Positions 47,064 to 56,600 of a stretch of 64,000 bases of DNA are shown here, one piece after another (position 1 is the stretch's first letter; the number at the start of each line of letters is the position of its first letter). The position numbers and the translations under genes are program-made. Under the pieces are notes generated by a model that saw only the letters and a list, made by a program, of their open reading frames with translations, ran no database searches and was not told the origin of the DNA. The stretch comes from a virus: positions 64,001 to 128,000 of IMG/VR virus record IMGVR_UViG_3300045988_161245. One strand, 5' to 3'.

Positions 47064-48377
47064 ATGGCAAGACCATCTAATAAAAGTTTTGGAACATGGT
47101 GTGAAGAAAATAATTTAACATATATGATTGATTTATGGGATAATAAATTAAATAAATGCTCACCATATGATATTGCTATGTCAACTGCACATAAGTACTA
47201 CTTTAAATGCAATAGAGGTATTCACGAAAGTGAATTAACATCAATATGCAATATTACTGGCGAAAAGCATTATAGAGTACATTGTAGAAAGTGCAATTCA
47301 TTTGGGCAATGGTGCATTGATAATTCTAAACAAGAATTATTGAATAGGTGGGATAAAAAATTAAATAATTTGGATCCGTTTGACGTTCCATATGGTTCTG
47401 GTAAAAAATATTGGTTTACATGTCCTGTAAATAATCCTAACCACCCAAGTGAACAAAAAATGTTATCTAATGTTGTTCGTCAATCAGGTTCACAAAGATG
47501 TTTAGGATGTGAATCATTTGGACAATGGTGTATTGATAATGTGGATAAAGATTTTATGACAAAATATTGGTCCGATAAAAATACTATTAATCCATTTACA
47601 TTTACATTTCGTTCAGATAGAAAAGTATATATTAAATGCCAGAAAACATCATATCATGACGATTATCTAATTTCTTGTGCTAATTTTGTAAAAGGAAAAA
47701 GATGTTCTTATTGCACTCCTAAAGGACCTACTAAAGTACATAAGTTTGACTCTGTTGGATATAAATTCCCAGATATTTTTAAAATATGGTCAAGTAAAAA
47801 TAAGTATACTCCTTATAATTATACTTTTAGATCGAATAAAAAAGTATTATTTGATTGTCCAAAACATGGTGAATATGAACGAAAAATATGTGATATGTAT
47901 TCATCCTATTTTAAGTGTCCAATGTGCGTACAAGAAGAATCAGCTTCTAAATTACAATATAAAGTAAATTTATATTTAGAATCTCTTGGGTATAAACCTC
48001 TTCACGAACATAATTGCAATCTTCTTCCAAGAAACCCACTAACAAATGCAATTCTTCCATATGATAATGAAATACCAGAATTAAAATTAATTATTGAAGT
48101 AAATGGTATGCAACATTATGAAATAAGTCAGTTTACAGTTTTGTCATCTATGTCGTCAGGAAAAACTCCAGAAGAATGTCTTCAGTATCAAGGAGAGAAA
48201 GATGATTATAAAAGACAATATGCTATAGAGCATGGATATTATTTCTTAGAAATACCATATTTTCTTGATATTGCTTCAGAACCATATAAATATGCAATTG
48301 ATATAGCAATTGATCAATGTAAAGAAAAAATAAGAAATTCTAAAATATCAACCGTAACGACTGCAGGATGTATGTAG
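47064..48377 (+). CDS. intron-encoded homing endonuclease, zinc-ribbon repeats plus Vsr/DUF559-like PD-(D/E)xK domain
   Basis: 437 aa. Repeated W(C/D)...N...P.D......K.YWF.C zinc-ribbon modules. C-terminal core LKLIIEVNGMQHYE...DDYKRQYAIEHGYYFLEIPY. Confidence 0.6.
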   Translation: MARPSNKSFGTWCEENNLTYMIDLWDNKLNKCSPYDIAMSTAHKYYFKCNRGIHESELTSICNITGEKHYRVHCRKCNSFGQWCIDNSKQELLNRWDKKLNNLDPFDVPYGSGKKYWFTCPVNNPNHPSEQKMLSNVVRQSGSQRCLGCESFGQWCIDNVDKDFMTKYWSDKNTINPFTFTFRSDRKVYIKCQKTSYHDDYLISCANFVKGKRCSYCTPKGPTKVHKFDSVGYKFPDIFKIWSSKNKYTPYNYTFRSNKKVLFDCPKHGEYERKICDMYSSYFKCPMCVQEESASKLQYKVNLYLESLGYKPLHEHNCNLLPRNPLTNAILPYDNEIPELKLIIEVNGMQHYEISQFTVLSSMSSGKTPEECLQYQGEKDDYKRQYAIEHGYYFLEIPYFLDIASEPYKYAIDIAIDQCKEKIRNSKISTVTTAGCM

Positions 48378-48544
48378 TAATATATGTGTTGAAGTTATCC
48401 GTCCTTATATTATAAGGATGTAATATACAGTCTGAACTCACGCAATAATCTAAATTTTATGAAACGTGAGACATAGGTAGAAATGCCTATGCGCCATACT
48501 AATTTTGTGTGGTTAGTAGAGCTTGTCTCGAAAGTAACAGCTTG

Positions 48545-49321
48545 AATAATTTTTCCATCTCCACCGATGGGTTAGCATCAGCATTACAAAGATCAGCATC
48601 TGCTCTTAAAACAGCAGGTAATAATATAGACGAAAGTATAGGATTAATTACGGCAGGCAACCAGGTTGTGCAGGACCCAGAATCCGTTGGTGCCGCAATG
48701 AGAACGATTGCTCTCCGTCTAACAGGAACAAGCGTTGCCGTTCAGCAATTGCAAGAACTTGGCGAAGAGACAGATGGTGTTGTAACAACTGTTTCTAAGC
48801 TTAGAGACGTAATTATGAGCGCAACAAAAGTCGCTTCTAATGGTTTTAAAGGTATAGATATTCTTGATAATAACGGAAACTACCGTTCAACGGCAAGTGT
48901 ATTACAGGATATAGCAGATATCTATAATGAGATCGAAGAAACCGATAAAAAGACCAAAAGTAACAATGTAAATCTTTTGCTTGAAACAATTGCCGGCAAA
49001 AACCGCGCAAATACAGCTGCTAGTATATTGCAGTCACCTGATATTTTAAGGGAAGCAATCGAGTCATCAAAAAATGCGAAAGGCTCGGCAGATCGTGAAA
49101 ATGAGACGTATTTATCTTCGTTAGAAGCTCATATCACCCAACTTCAAACACAGCTCCAAGAGCTTGCAACAGTAACTATCAACTCAGATATGTTTAAAGG
49201 CGTAATAGATACAGCAACCGCCTTTCTTAACATCGTAACTCAGATCCTGGATAAACTTCCACTGCTCTCAACAGCAATTGGTGGTCTTGCAGGATTTAAA
49301 CTTTCAAAAGCAGGTCTGGGT
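48545..49321 (+). CDS. tape measure protein, exon 2 (259 codons)
   Basis: Continuation of the TMP core (NNFSISTDGLASALQRSASALKTAGNNIDESIGLITAGNQVVQDPESVGAAMRTIALRLTG...). The ORF-track entry 48509..49354 includes intron sequence at both ends. Confidence 0.65.
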
Positions 49322-49733
49322 AAACAGCTTAACATAAAGTTAGTTTCAATTTAAAATTTTATCGTAGTTAAGATGCCCATTTGATATGCTGCTGTCATAA
49401 TCGCGACAGTTAGTATAGAACTTGTTCAAGATGGTGATTCGACACCTATTGACAGACCTTTAGCCTTAGAGCTATAAAGCCGAATATCGGAGGAAGCCGT
49501 AATCCACATCACTGTGGTACCTTAGTTCTGAAAATGAATGAAAGGGATATATTGAAGATGGTAGTTCCGACACGTTAGCAAGCACATATGTTTAAATTTA
49601 CAAAAGTGGATGATAAATTCACGAATAAAACGCAATTATAAAAGGAAGAAAGAAATAGAGAGTAGAAAGTTGCAGGTAACAACTCTCCACTCTCTTAAAA
49701 GACTAAAAGGAGATTACAAAAATATGAACTAAA

Positions 49734-49907
49734 CTATTTATTATTTTGGGTGTCATCCTTATAGAATTCTCCAGACATGTCAAATCCTTTCAGGAATCCA
49801 AAATGGATGTGAAAGTTTTTCATGTTCTTAGATGGTATTCTGCGGATTAGCGACCATAGGATTAATAATCCTACAAGAGTTAAAACGAATAGAAATACAT
49901 CTTCCAT
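49734..49907 (-). CDS. small single-pass membrane protein (57 aa, below the ORF-track cutoff)
   Basis: Hand translation gives MEDVFLFVLTLVGLLILWSLIRRIPSKNMKNFHIHFGFLKGFDMSGEFYKDDTQNNK, with a GGAAGGAGGTGAG RBS. Confidence 0.55.
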   Translation of the reverse strand: MEDVFLFVLTLVGLLILWSLIRRIPSKNMKNFHIHFGFLKGFDMSGEFYKDDTQNNK

Positions 49908-50364
49908 ATCTCACCTCCTTCCTGTACGAAAGTATCAAGAAAGAGATTTGATGTTGGGAGAATCCCATAGAAATGAATATAATATTTAGAGTACTTCATT
50001 TTAGACAATCTCATTTCTGGTACAAATTGCGTACCAATAATTCAATACTACATGACGACTGTCAGATATACTGTCGTGCAACGGATCATAATGTAGAACT
50101 GTGATCACAAGTATATCTGACTTTGATTGTAGTATAATTGTCTATTTTTGTAAATCCAGAACATATGTGTTTTCATGTAAAAGTGTAGTTTTACAGTTAA
50201 CGTGCGAGAGGCTGACAAAGCATATTATATGTGGCGTTACAACATATAGTATAATATACAGTCCAACCAGGGAAAGCCTGGGTAGCATGATGGATCGAAT
50301 AGTATGGATAGAACCGTGAGGTTACTACTCGCTTACTACCTGAAATGCACTAACTGCACATATT

Positions 50365-50395
50365 CACCACGGCTTGCAAACGTGGTGTTTTTATT
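50365..50395 (+). terminator. terminator-like hairpin (caccacg...cgtggtg + TTTTTATT)
   Basis: 7-bp GC-rich stem plus a T-run. If the intron model holds, this could instead be an intron peripheral helix. Confidence 0.45.
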
Positions 50396-50424
50396 ATTTT
50401 ATTGAAAAAGAAGGTGAATATTTT

Positions 50425-50616
50425 ATGTGTGTTAAAATTTTTGATCATATTTTTTTAATAAGTAATTATGAGGTTATAGATTATTATAATAATGAAGAGG
50501 TAAATAAATTACATAGCCAAATATTACTTTCACCTCAAGATATAAAGGAGTATTTTGAATGGCTCTTTATAAAAGGTAAACATTATTTTTGCGGTCATCC
50601 AGGAGGATTATTGTGA
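50425..50616 (+). CDS. small partner protein S1 (MxVKxFD family), convergent with and overlapping the peptidase gene
   Basis: 63 aa with an AAGGTGA RBS. Paralog of 61819..62037 (MCVKIFDHIFLISNYEV vs MYVKFFDCELFIDSHEI). Confidence 0.55.
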   Translation: MCVKIFDHIFLISNYEVIDYYNNEEVNKLHSQILLSPQDIKEYFEWLFIKGKHYFCGHPGGLL

Positions 50617-51150
50617 TCTTAAAACAACTGTATTAATATTTGTATTTACATTATTATTTACTTTTGCTCTATCATTTATTATTATTTTCATATCATTAAT
50701 AATGTTAGAAAAATCTTTTTGAGTATCTACAAATAAATCAAAGTCATAATCACCTATAGCCATATAATTTATCGGTAGTAATTTACTAATACGACATTGA
50801 TGTTTTTCAGTACCTATAAGATATATTTGTGGTATTTTACACTTATTAAATCCTACAATAAGTAAATGAATTCCATCATTTGATGCATGATTTTCTTCAT
50901 AATCTTTCACTTCTTTATATACGCATTCTACATCATTTGTGTCTAATAATATTGATTTAATTTCTAAATATATTTTTAGGCAATCAAAATCATTTTTACT
51001 ACCAGCATAAGCAATAACAACTTTATCACTAATTTGATAAATCTTATTCTCGTTTTCAGTAACTATATTACTGTTTTTATCAACGATTCTGGAATCACCG
51101 CACACAATGATATCATTATCTTTAGATATTGCAGCAATAACTAGACTCAT
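50608..51150 (-). CDS. HslV/proteasome-beta-like Ntn hydrolase with N-terminal Ser (copy 1)
   Basis: 180 aa with a GGAGGT RBS. MSLVIAAISKDNDIIVCGDSRIV...NKIYQISDKVVIAYAGSKNDFD aligns by eye to HslV TTIVSVRRNGHVVIAGDGQ...[23 protein letters not shown] (nucleophile, Asp and Lys positions conserved). Confidence 0.6.
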   Translation of the reverse strand: MSLVIAAISKDNDIIVCGDSRIVDKNSNIVTENENKIYQISDKVVIAYAGSKNDFDCLKIYLEIKSILLDTNDVECVYKEVKDYEENHASNDGIHLLIVGFNKCKIPQIYLIGTEKHQCRISKLLPINYMAIGDYDFDLFVDTQKDFSNIINDMKIIINDRAKVNNNVNTNINTVVLRSQ

Positions 51151-51189
51151 GTTATACCTCCAATTTTATATTTTAAATATGTTAAAAAA

Positions 51190-51621
51190 TCATTTAAATA
51201 TTCCATTGGCAATATCGGTAATAAATTTAGGATCAGTAACAGCTACTTTAGCAACTTCTACACATACTGCTGAGATCATATTTATAGAAGAAATACCTAC
51301 AGATTTTAATTTAGCTTTACTCTTCCTCCATATAGAGTCAGGTCTAATTGATTCTGCTAATTTATGTCCTTCGAATGTAACATCATAAATTTTACAGTTT
51401 TCATATTTATAGTTATCATCTATAGAATACGATCCTTCTAAGAATCTTCCGTCAAATAAGTTTTTCACACAATATTGTACATCCTCTTCAGTGTATTTGC
51501 CTGAAAAGTGATCCTTTATATCTTTTAACATAATCCGCTTGAAATCTCCATTAAGTTTCATATTATCTTGTTCTTCAATATATAAGAGTACATCTCTAAA
51601 ACAATCATAGTTTAATATCAT
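51190..51621 (-). CDS. DUF2513-like winged-helix protein
   Basis: The ATG at 51621 has a GGAGGATTGAAT RBS. MILNYDCFRDVLLYIEEQ... and DVTFEGHKLAESIRPDSIWRKSK match the DUF2513 pattern (..iL..iEe.., LTweGHeFLd.ir...vW.k.k), recalled from memory. Confidence 0.5.
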   Translation of the reverse strand: MILNYDCFRDVLLYIEEQDNMKLNGDFKRIMLKDIKDHFSGKYTEEDVQYCVKNLFDGRFLEGSYSIDDNYKYENCKIYDVTFEGHKLAESIRPDSIWRKSKAKLKSVGISSINMISAVCVEVAKVAVTDPKFITDIANGIFK

Positions 51622-51652
51622 ATTCAATCCTCCATAGAAAGGTCGTGAAAAT

Positions 51653-51922
51653 ATGTTGTGGTCAATTTCTGAGACAGAAAATATTGCAACAAAAATTATT
51701 AAATTGTTATACGAAAATAATTGTACTGATGAAGGTGATATTGAAACCACATTTACATTAGTACGAAATCATTTTAAGAATATGTCCATTGATGACATTA
51801 TTAAATTCGAAACAACTGGTAAGATGCCGGAAATTGACGTTCATGGTAATCTTACTCAAATTATAAAACAAGTTTCTAGTCAAATAGCTGATGAGTTTTT
51901 GGAAGAACATGGTATTAAATAG
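51653..51922 (+). CDS. hypothetical acidic protein
   Basis: 89-aa ORF that fills the gap between minus-strand genes, with an AAAGG RBS. Confidence 0.45.
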   Translation: MLWSISETENIATKIIKLLYENNCTDEGDIETTFTLVRNHFKNMSIDDIIKFETTGKMPEIDVHGNLTQIIKQVSSQIADEFLEEHGIK

Positions 51923-52077
51923 GTTGTTTTCCAGGTTTCCAAGAATACCAACAAGCTGCACACCTGTTCACGGTTTTATTACTTCCTAAGAAACCAGTTA
52001 TCAACGAGTAACCACGCTGTCCGGTAGTGATCTGAGTGCTTCCACAGCGAGGACAGTGAACAGTATTGGTTTTTGTA
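51915..52077 (-). pseudogene. start-less zinc-ribbon coding remnant
   Basis: Hand translation gives ...NTVHCPRCGSTQITTGQRGYSLITGFLGSNKTVNRCAACWYSWKPGKQPI*. Resembles the C-terminus of ORF 53006..53545 (RHCPKCNGTNFTPVRKKYGLFMGFATNKVELVCNNCGY). No ATG/GTG/TTG lies between the upstream in-frame stop and the motif. Confidence 0.4.
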
Positions 52078-52764
52078 TTAATTTGTATTAGGTTTATTAT
52101 ATTTTTCTATATGTTCCTTTATTGTAGTCTTGACTAAATTATGTAATTTAATTTGATAATTAAGCAATACATTATAATTATATTTTGTTGTTGACAAAAA
52201 ATATTCCGTTATCTCTATAAATAATGAACGAAACATATCTGGTACATACTTATAACTATAAACATATTCGATATTATGCTTTTTAAGTGATGTCAAATAT
52301 CCAACACAATAATATAAAAGTCTTTCGTCACAATATACCTCACCTTTTAAAATAGGATCATTTGGTAATATAAAACTCTCAGTTAAATTTACTATTCCTT
52401 TATCTACATATTTTTTATATGAGAAATTTTCTATTTTTAAATGTATATCCATTTCAACTTCTGAAGCGTGAACTTCAGAATATATGTACATTAATTTAAT
52501 AAAATCTTCAAGCGGATAATTTAATAACTGAGTAGAATCATATACATGTGTGAACTCGTGAAAGAAAATTCCTTTGTATATTTTTGATTCATCTAATTGT
52601 TTGTTAACTTTTAGTATATATTTTTGATTATACAATTCCAATGTATTGAATTGTGCGGCTGCACAATCTCTTTTGTCAACTTCAATATATTCTTGTATTT
52701 CTGGAATTTCATAATATAACTCGTTGTATTCCTTAAATATTTTATCAAGATACTCTTTGTTCAT
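52078..52764 (-). CDS. HExxH zinc metallopeptidase (ImmA/IrrE-like?)
   Basis: The ATG at 52764 has a GGAGAT RBS. GIFFHEFTHVYD contains HExxH, with a downstream Glu-rich YSEVHASEVE. Confidence 0.5.
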   Translation of the reverse strand: MNKEYLDKIFKEYNELYYEIPEIQEYIEVDKRDCAAAQFNTLELYNQKYILKVNKQLDESKIYKGIFFHEFTHVYDSTQLLNYPLEDFIKLMYIYSEVHASEVEMDIHLKIENFSYKKYVDKGIVNLTESFILPNDPILKGEVYCDERLLYYCVGYLTSLKKHNIEYVYSYKYVPDMFRSLFIEITEYFLSTTKYNYNVLLNYQIKLHNLVKTTIKEHIEKYNKPNTN

Positions 52765-52793
52765 TTTTATCTCCTGCATAGAAAGGAATTATT

Positions 52794-53000
52794 ATGATAA
52801 AAAACAAAATGCTAATTATTAGATTAAAACGTGATATATTATATCTAAAGTTTAAGAGTTTAAAAGTAGATATTAAGTTTGCAATTAAAAAAGTATATTA
52901 TAGAATTTTCGACAGCAAAAAGTACCAAAATCTCCTACAAACTCAAAAAGATATGCAAGAGATTTTGGATGCAATTGACGACAGAATGAACTGGGTGTAG
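52794..53000 (+). CDS. hypothetical basic small protein
   Basis: 68-aa ORF that exactly fills the gap between two minus-strand genes, with an AAAGGAA RBS. Confidence 0.4.
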   Translation: MIKNKMLIIRLKRDILYLKFKSLKVDIKFAIKKVYYRIFDSKKYQNLLQTQKDMQEILDAIDDRMNWV

Positions 53001-53005
53001 TAGCT

Positions 53006-53545
53006 TTAATTTTCAGCCTTCATTCTATAACCACAGTTGTTGCACACTAACTCCACTTTATTAGTAGCAAATCCCATGAATAGTCCATATTTCTTCCTAA
53101 CCGGTGTAAAGTTGGTGCCGTTACATTTTGGACAATGACGAGTGTTAACTTCCTGCTGTTTTGCATTTTGTTGTGCTAAATATTCATTGTATCTTTTATC
53201 TAATTCTTCTTCAGCCTTGGCATTTATAATGTTCATTTGATTAGTATATTTGATGATGTCATTTGTATATAAATCGAACATTGTTGCAACAAAACCAGGA
53301 TCATTATTACCATATTCACAGAAATTAAACATATCGTTAAAACTCATATTAGGAACTGGTGTTAATTTATTTCCACATCCAGGACATAAATCTAAACTTT
53401 CACCACTAAGAATACCTGCATAATCTTTAGGTTTATTTGAACTTATTGAAAACATAGATTTTGTGCGTCCTTGTGGTTGTTTAAGTTTATTTCCACTTTT
53501 TAAAATGCATTCTCTACAATAATATATAATCTTATTAGAACTCAT
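53006..53545 (-). CDS. triple zinc-ribbon protein
   Basis: 179 aa with a GGAGGTTGG RBS. CxxC pairs at YYCRECI, CPGCGNKL and CPKCNG...CNNCGY. Confidence 0.6.
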   Translation of the reverse strand: MSSNKIIYYCRECILKSGNKLKQPQGRTKSMFSISSNKPKDYAGILSGESLDLCPGCGNKLTPVPNMSFNDMFNFCEYGNNDPGFVATMFDLYTNDIIKYTNQMNIINAKAEEELDKRYNEYLAQQNAKQQEVNTRHCPKCNGTNFTPVRKKYGLFMGFATNKVELVCNNCGYRMKAEN

Positions 53546-53610
53546 ACGCCAACCTCCAAAATATAATATTATAATGCAAGTATAACATTATATTCTCCAA
53601 TATTCAATTG

Positions 53611-56600
53611 GTCTTTAACTACGATAAAGCAACAGGAAAAGTTGGAAGTAATAAAAATAATTTAGAAAATGCATTAACAGAAGTAAAAGATTTCTTTCTA
53701 AAAAAACAGGATATAGAAAAGCCATATACACTTAGCAAAGATGAATATTCATTTTTTGAGAGAATGAAAAAAGAGCTTTCTGATTCTCAGTTAAATGGAT
53801 CTGCGGAAGATTCTAAAGATGCAATGCTACAACTGGCAGAAGAAATTACAGGTGCAGATAGCTCATTGGTCAAATATATCCAAGACACAGATGTAGCGTC
53901 TGTTTCTCAAGTCGGTTTTGCTCAATCACAAAAAACAGTAATTCAAGGAACAACTAAATTTAGTGCTGTAATGAAAACGGCCGGTGGAGTAGCAAAATCA
54001 TTTGTAGCTACCCTTGGAAGTATGGCTGTAGCCGCCGCAGCAGCTTGGGCTATCGGTAAAGTAATTGAGGGTATTGATTATCTTTATCATTACGATGAAA
54101 ATATCATCAAAGCTGGACAGGAAGCAAAGGATTCCATTGACAGTACATTTAAAAGTTTCGAAGAAGGTAAGCAGTCTATCATGGACCTTGGCTCTTCATT
54201 TGGCAATCAGACAGAGCAGATAAAAAATACCGGTGATGCAATCGATCAAGTTGCCGAAAAATATGTAGAGCTTCGTAAGGGAGTAAATCAGAATACAAAC
54301 GAGAATGTATCATTATCTACAGACGAGTATCAGCAATATATTGATCTCAGTAGTAAGCTTGCCTCTCAGTTTCCTGGTCTGGTAGCAGGTTATGATAGTC
54401 AGGGAAATGCTGTATTAAATCTTGCTTCCAATGCAGATAAGGCTGCTGATAGTATTCGTAATTTATATGAAGCACAAGTTTCTTCTGCAAATGTTGATAT
54501 GGGGAAAAATCTACAAGCAACATATGATGGTGTTGTTACACAGACAAGTCAATATGCTGAGGATATCCAGAAAAAACGTGATGAGTTAGAACAATTAGAT
54601 ACTGATATTTCTGAGAACAAACGTAGTATTTTAACATATGGAAGTAACAATTTTGAAGTACAAGGGCTGTATGGTGATAAAGAAAATGTTATTACTGATG
54701 TTCTAAAAGAGAATGGACTGTATAAAGAAAATACAGGAGATGACGGAAGTATTTGGAACTTCTATGCCGAAGGTCTCGCTGATAAGTCAAAAAAAGAAAT
54801 AGATAGGATGAATGAACAGATTACAGCTGGTTTGGAATCCTATAACTTGTCACTAGAGACTCAAAGAAGCCAACTTCAGAGTGAAATTAACTCCTACGAT
54901 TTAATGATTGAAGATCAATGGCGTAGTATGGCACAATCTCTTGGAAACTATCTTCAGACATCAAAATCATTTAATGAACTTGATGATAGTCTTCAAAGTG
55001 CATTTCTTGCCAACATTTCAAACCTTGACTTAACTGCCTTAAATGATCCAGATGGTAAATACCAAGGACAGGTGCTTGATTTCTTGTATGGAGAATTCAT
55101 TGGACCAATGTCTCGGTTTAGTGCGGATGTACAAGAAAGTCTTGCAGATGCATTACAGATTGATCCTTCTAAATTGACTATTGATGAGTATAAGTCACAA
55201 GTTGATGAAGCATTTAATAAAGCATTTCCAAAGGAAGAAGATGCAGATAAACGAGATAGATTCAAAAACGCTTATGGAATTGATTCTTCTATTGAGGATA
55301 TGGAGGATAATGCATCTCGTCTCAAAGAAGCATATGCAGATTTTCCAAATGCCAGTGATTTTATTGACCATATGCAGACAGGTGATCTGTCAATTGCTGC
55401 ACAGTTAATTGATAATGGTTCAGTTGATATTGAGAAAGGCACAGATGGATTAGTTTCTGCCATTGAAAGATATAAGAAAACGGTAGCTGAAGCAAAATCT
55501 GATACAACTCTTGCTTCTGTTCTTGGCGATTCCGATAATGAAATCTCATCTTCTATTGATTCTTTACAGTCAGATATTTCTTCTTTATCAGATACTCTTA
55601 CCAAGCTTAAAACAGGTGAGTTCAAAGATTCAGATCTCACCGACCTTATTCAACAGTTTCCACAGTTAGCCGATCAAACAGATAATCTTCAAGAAGCTAT
55701 CTCCAATCTTCAGGCAGATAAATTAAAGTCTACTTTGAAAAAAATTGACGATTCTATGGATGGAGCTTCTGATGAAGAGTTAGCTAATGCACAAAAATTA
55801 AAAGATTCTTTAATTAAGTCAGTTGACCTATCTGATATTAATTCAGACAAGATTACAGAATCAATCAAAAGTGCTTTTGAAGGTGATGGCGGAAGTAGGT
55901 ATATTGCTGCAGAACATGGAGCAAAAGCTGCTGAAGAATACAACCAAGCATTTTCAAAAGAACTTAAAAATAGTGCTGGACGAGAAGCTTTCTATAAGGC
56001 AACATTAAATCAAGATGCTGTAAAACAGGGACCTGATGCAATACGTGAATTATATAATCAGTATTTAAAGACAGCCAAAGACATCATCCAAGATACAGAT
56101 ATCCAATCACAGCTTACAAATTATCAGGATAAATACCAGTCACTCTATCAAGCTCAGAAAGATCTAAAGAACGGTCTAATGACTGGTTCTACCAAAAAGA
56201 CATTTCTGGACAAGTTTCCAGATCTTGCAAAGTATGCAGGAAACACTGAAACACTCTCTTCTGCTATTGATGATCTGATGGATTCTATGGACAGTGATGT
56301 AACTAACCAGTTTACAGATGCTATTAAAGCTCTTCAGGATGCCGGACAGTATGCAGATGCAAGTGCATTACAATCTTATGTTGAAGCTGTTTTAGATGGT
56401 GCCCATGATATCGAGGGTGCTTATCAGAAGATCGCAGGTCTTAAAATTCCTACACCTAAGTACGCAGAACTTAAAGAAGCTCTTGAATCTTCAAACGAGG
56501 GTGATCTTTACAATGAACTTCTCTCTCAGTATAAAACCGCAAAAGAGGCATGGGAAAAAGGTGAAGTTGGTACAGATGACTTTAAGTCTTTTGCTTCTAT

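Larger units (their letters stand above)
46722..48544 (+). mobile_element. group I intron carrying a homing endonuclease gene (TMP intron 1)
   Basis: P1: exon TAGGT pairs with GCCTA (46733-37), with a U.G wobble at the splice site. P7 candidate GACTG (48359-63) / CAGTC (48428-32) in TAATATACAGTCTGAAC. P9-type hairpins follow. It ends in G48544. Splicing restores ...VNQVG|NNFSISTDGLASALQRSASA... Confidence 0.65.
49322..53610 (+). mobile_element. 4.3-kb intervening sequence in the TMP gene: group I-like intron carrying a multi-gene island (hypothesis)
   Basis: A contiguous internal guide AAGAT-GCCCA (49370-79) pairs with the exon 2 end TGGGT (U.G at 49321) and with GTCTT at 53611-15, after G53610. 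Both junctions are in frame. Core-like words: GACTGT 50057-62 / ACAGTC 50258-63 and TAATATACAGTCC. Confidence 0.45.

Noticed and set aside
50101-50319. 72-aa ORF with a GTG start
   Set aside because: It lies in the segment with group I core-like words and hairpins. It has no RBS and gives a Cys/Ile-rich translation.
50374-50424. The N-terminal extension of ORF 50374..50616 (TTG start)
   Set aside because: The TTG lies inside the terminator-like hairpin. The internal ATG at 50425 has an AAGGTGA RBS and matches the start of the paralog at 61819.
49322-53610. Group II intron or intein as the explanation for the TMP interruptions
   Set aside because: There is no reverse-transcriptase/maturase ORF, no GUGYG...AY boundaries and no domain V-like hairpin. 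Inteins are excluded because the inserts contain in-frame stops and genes on the opposite strand.
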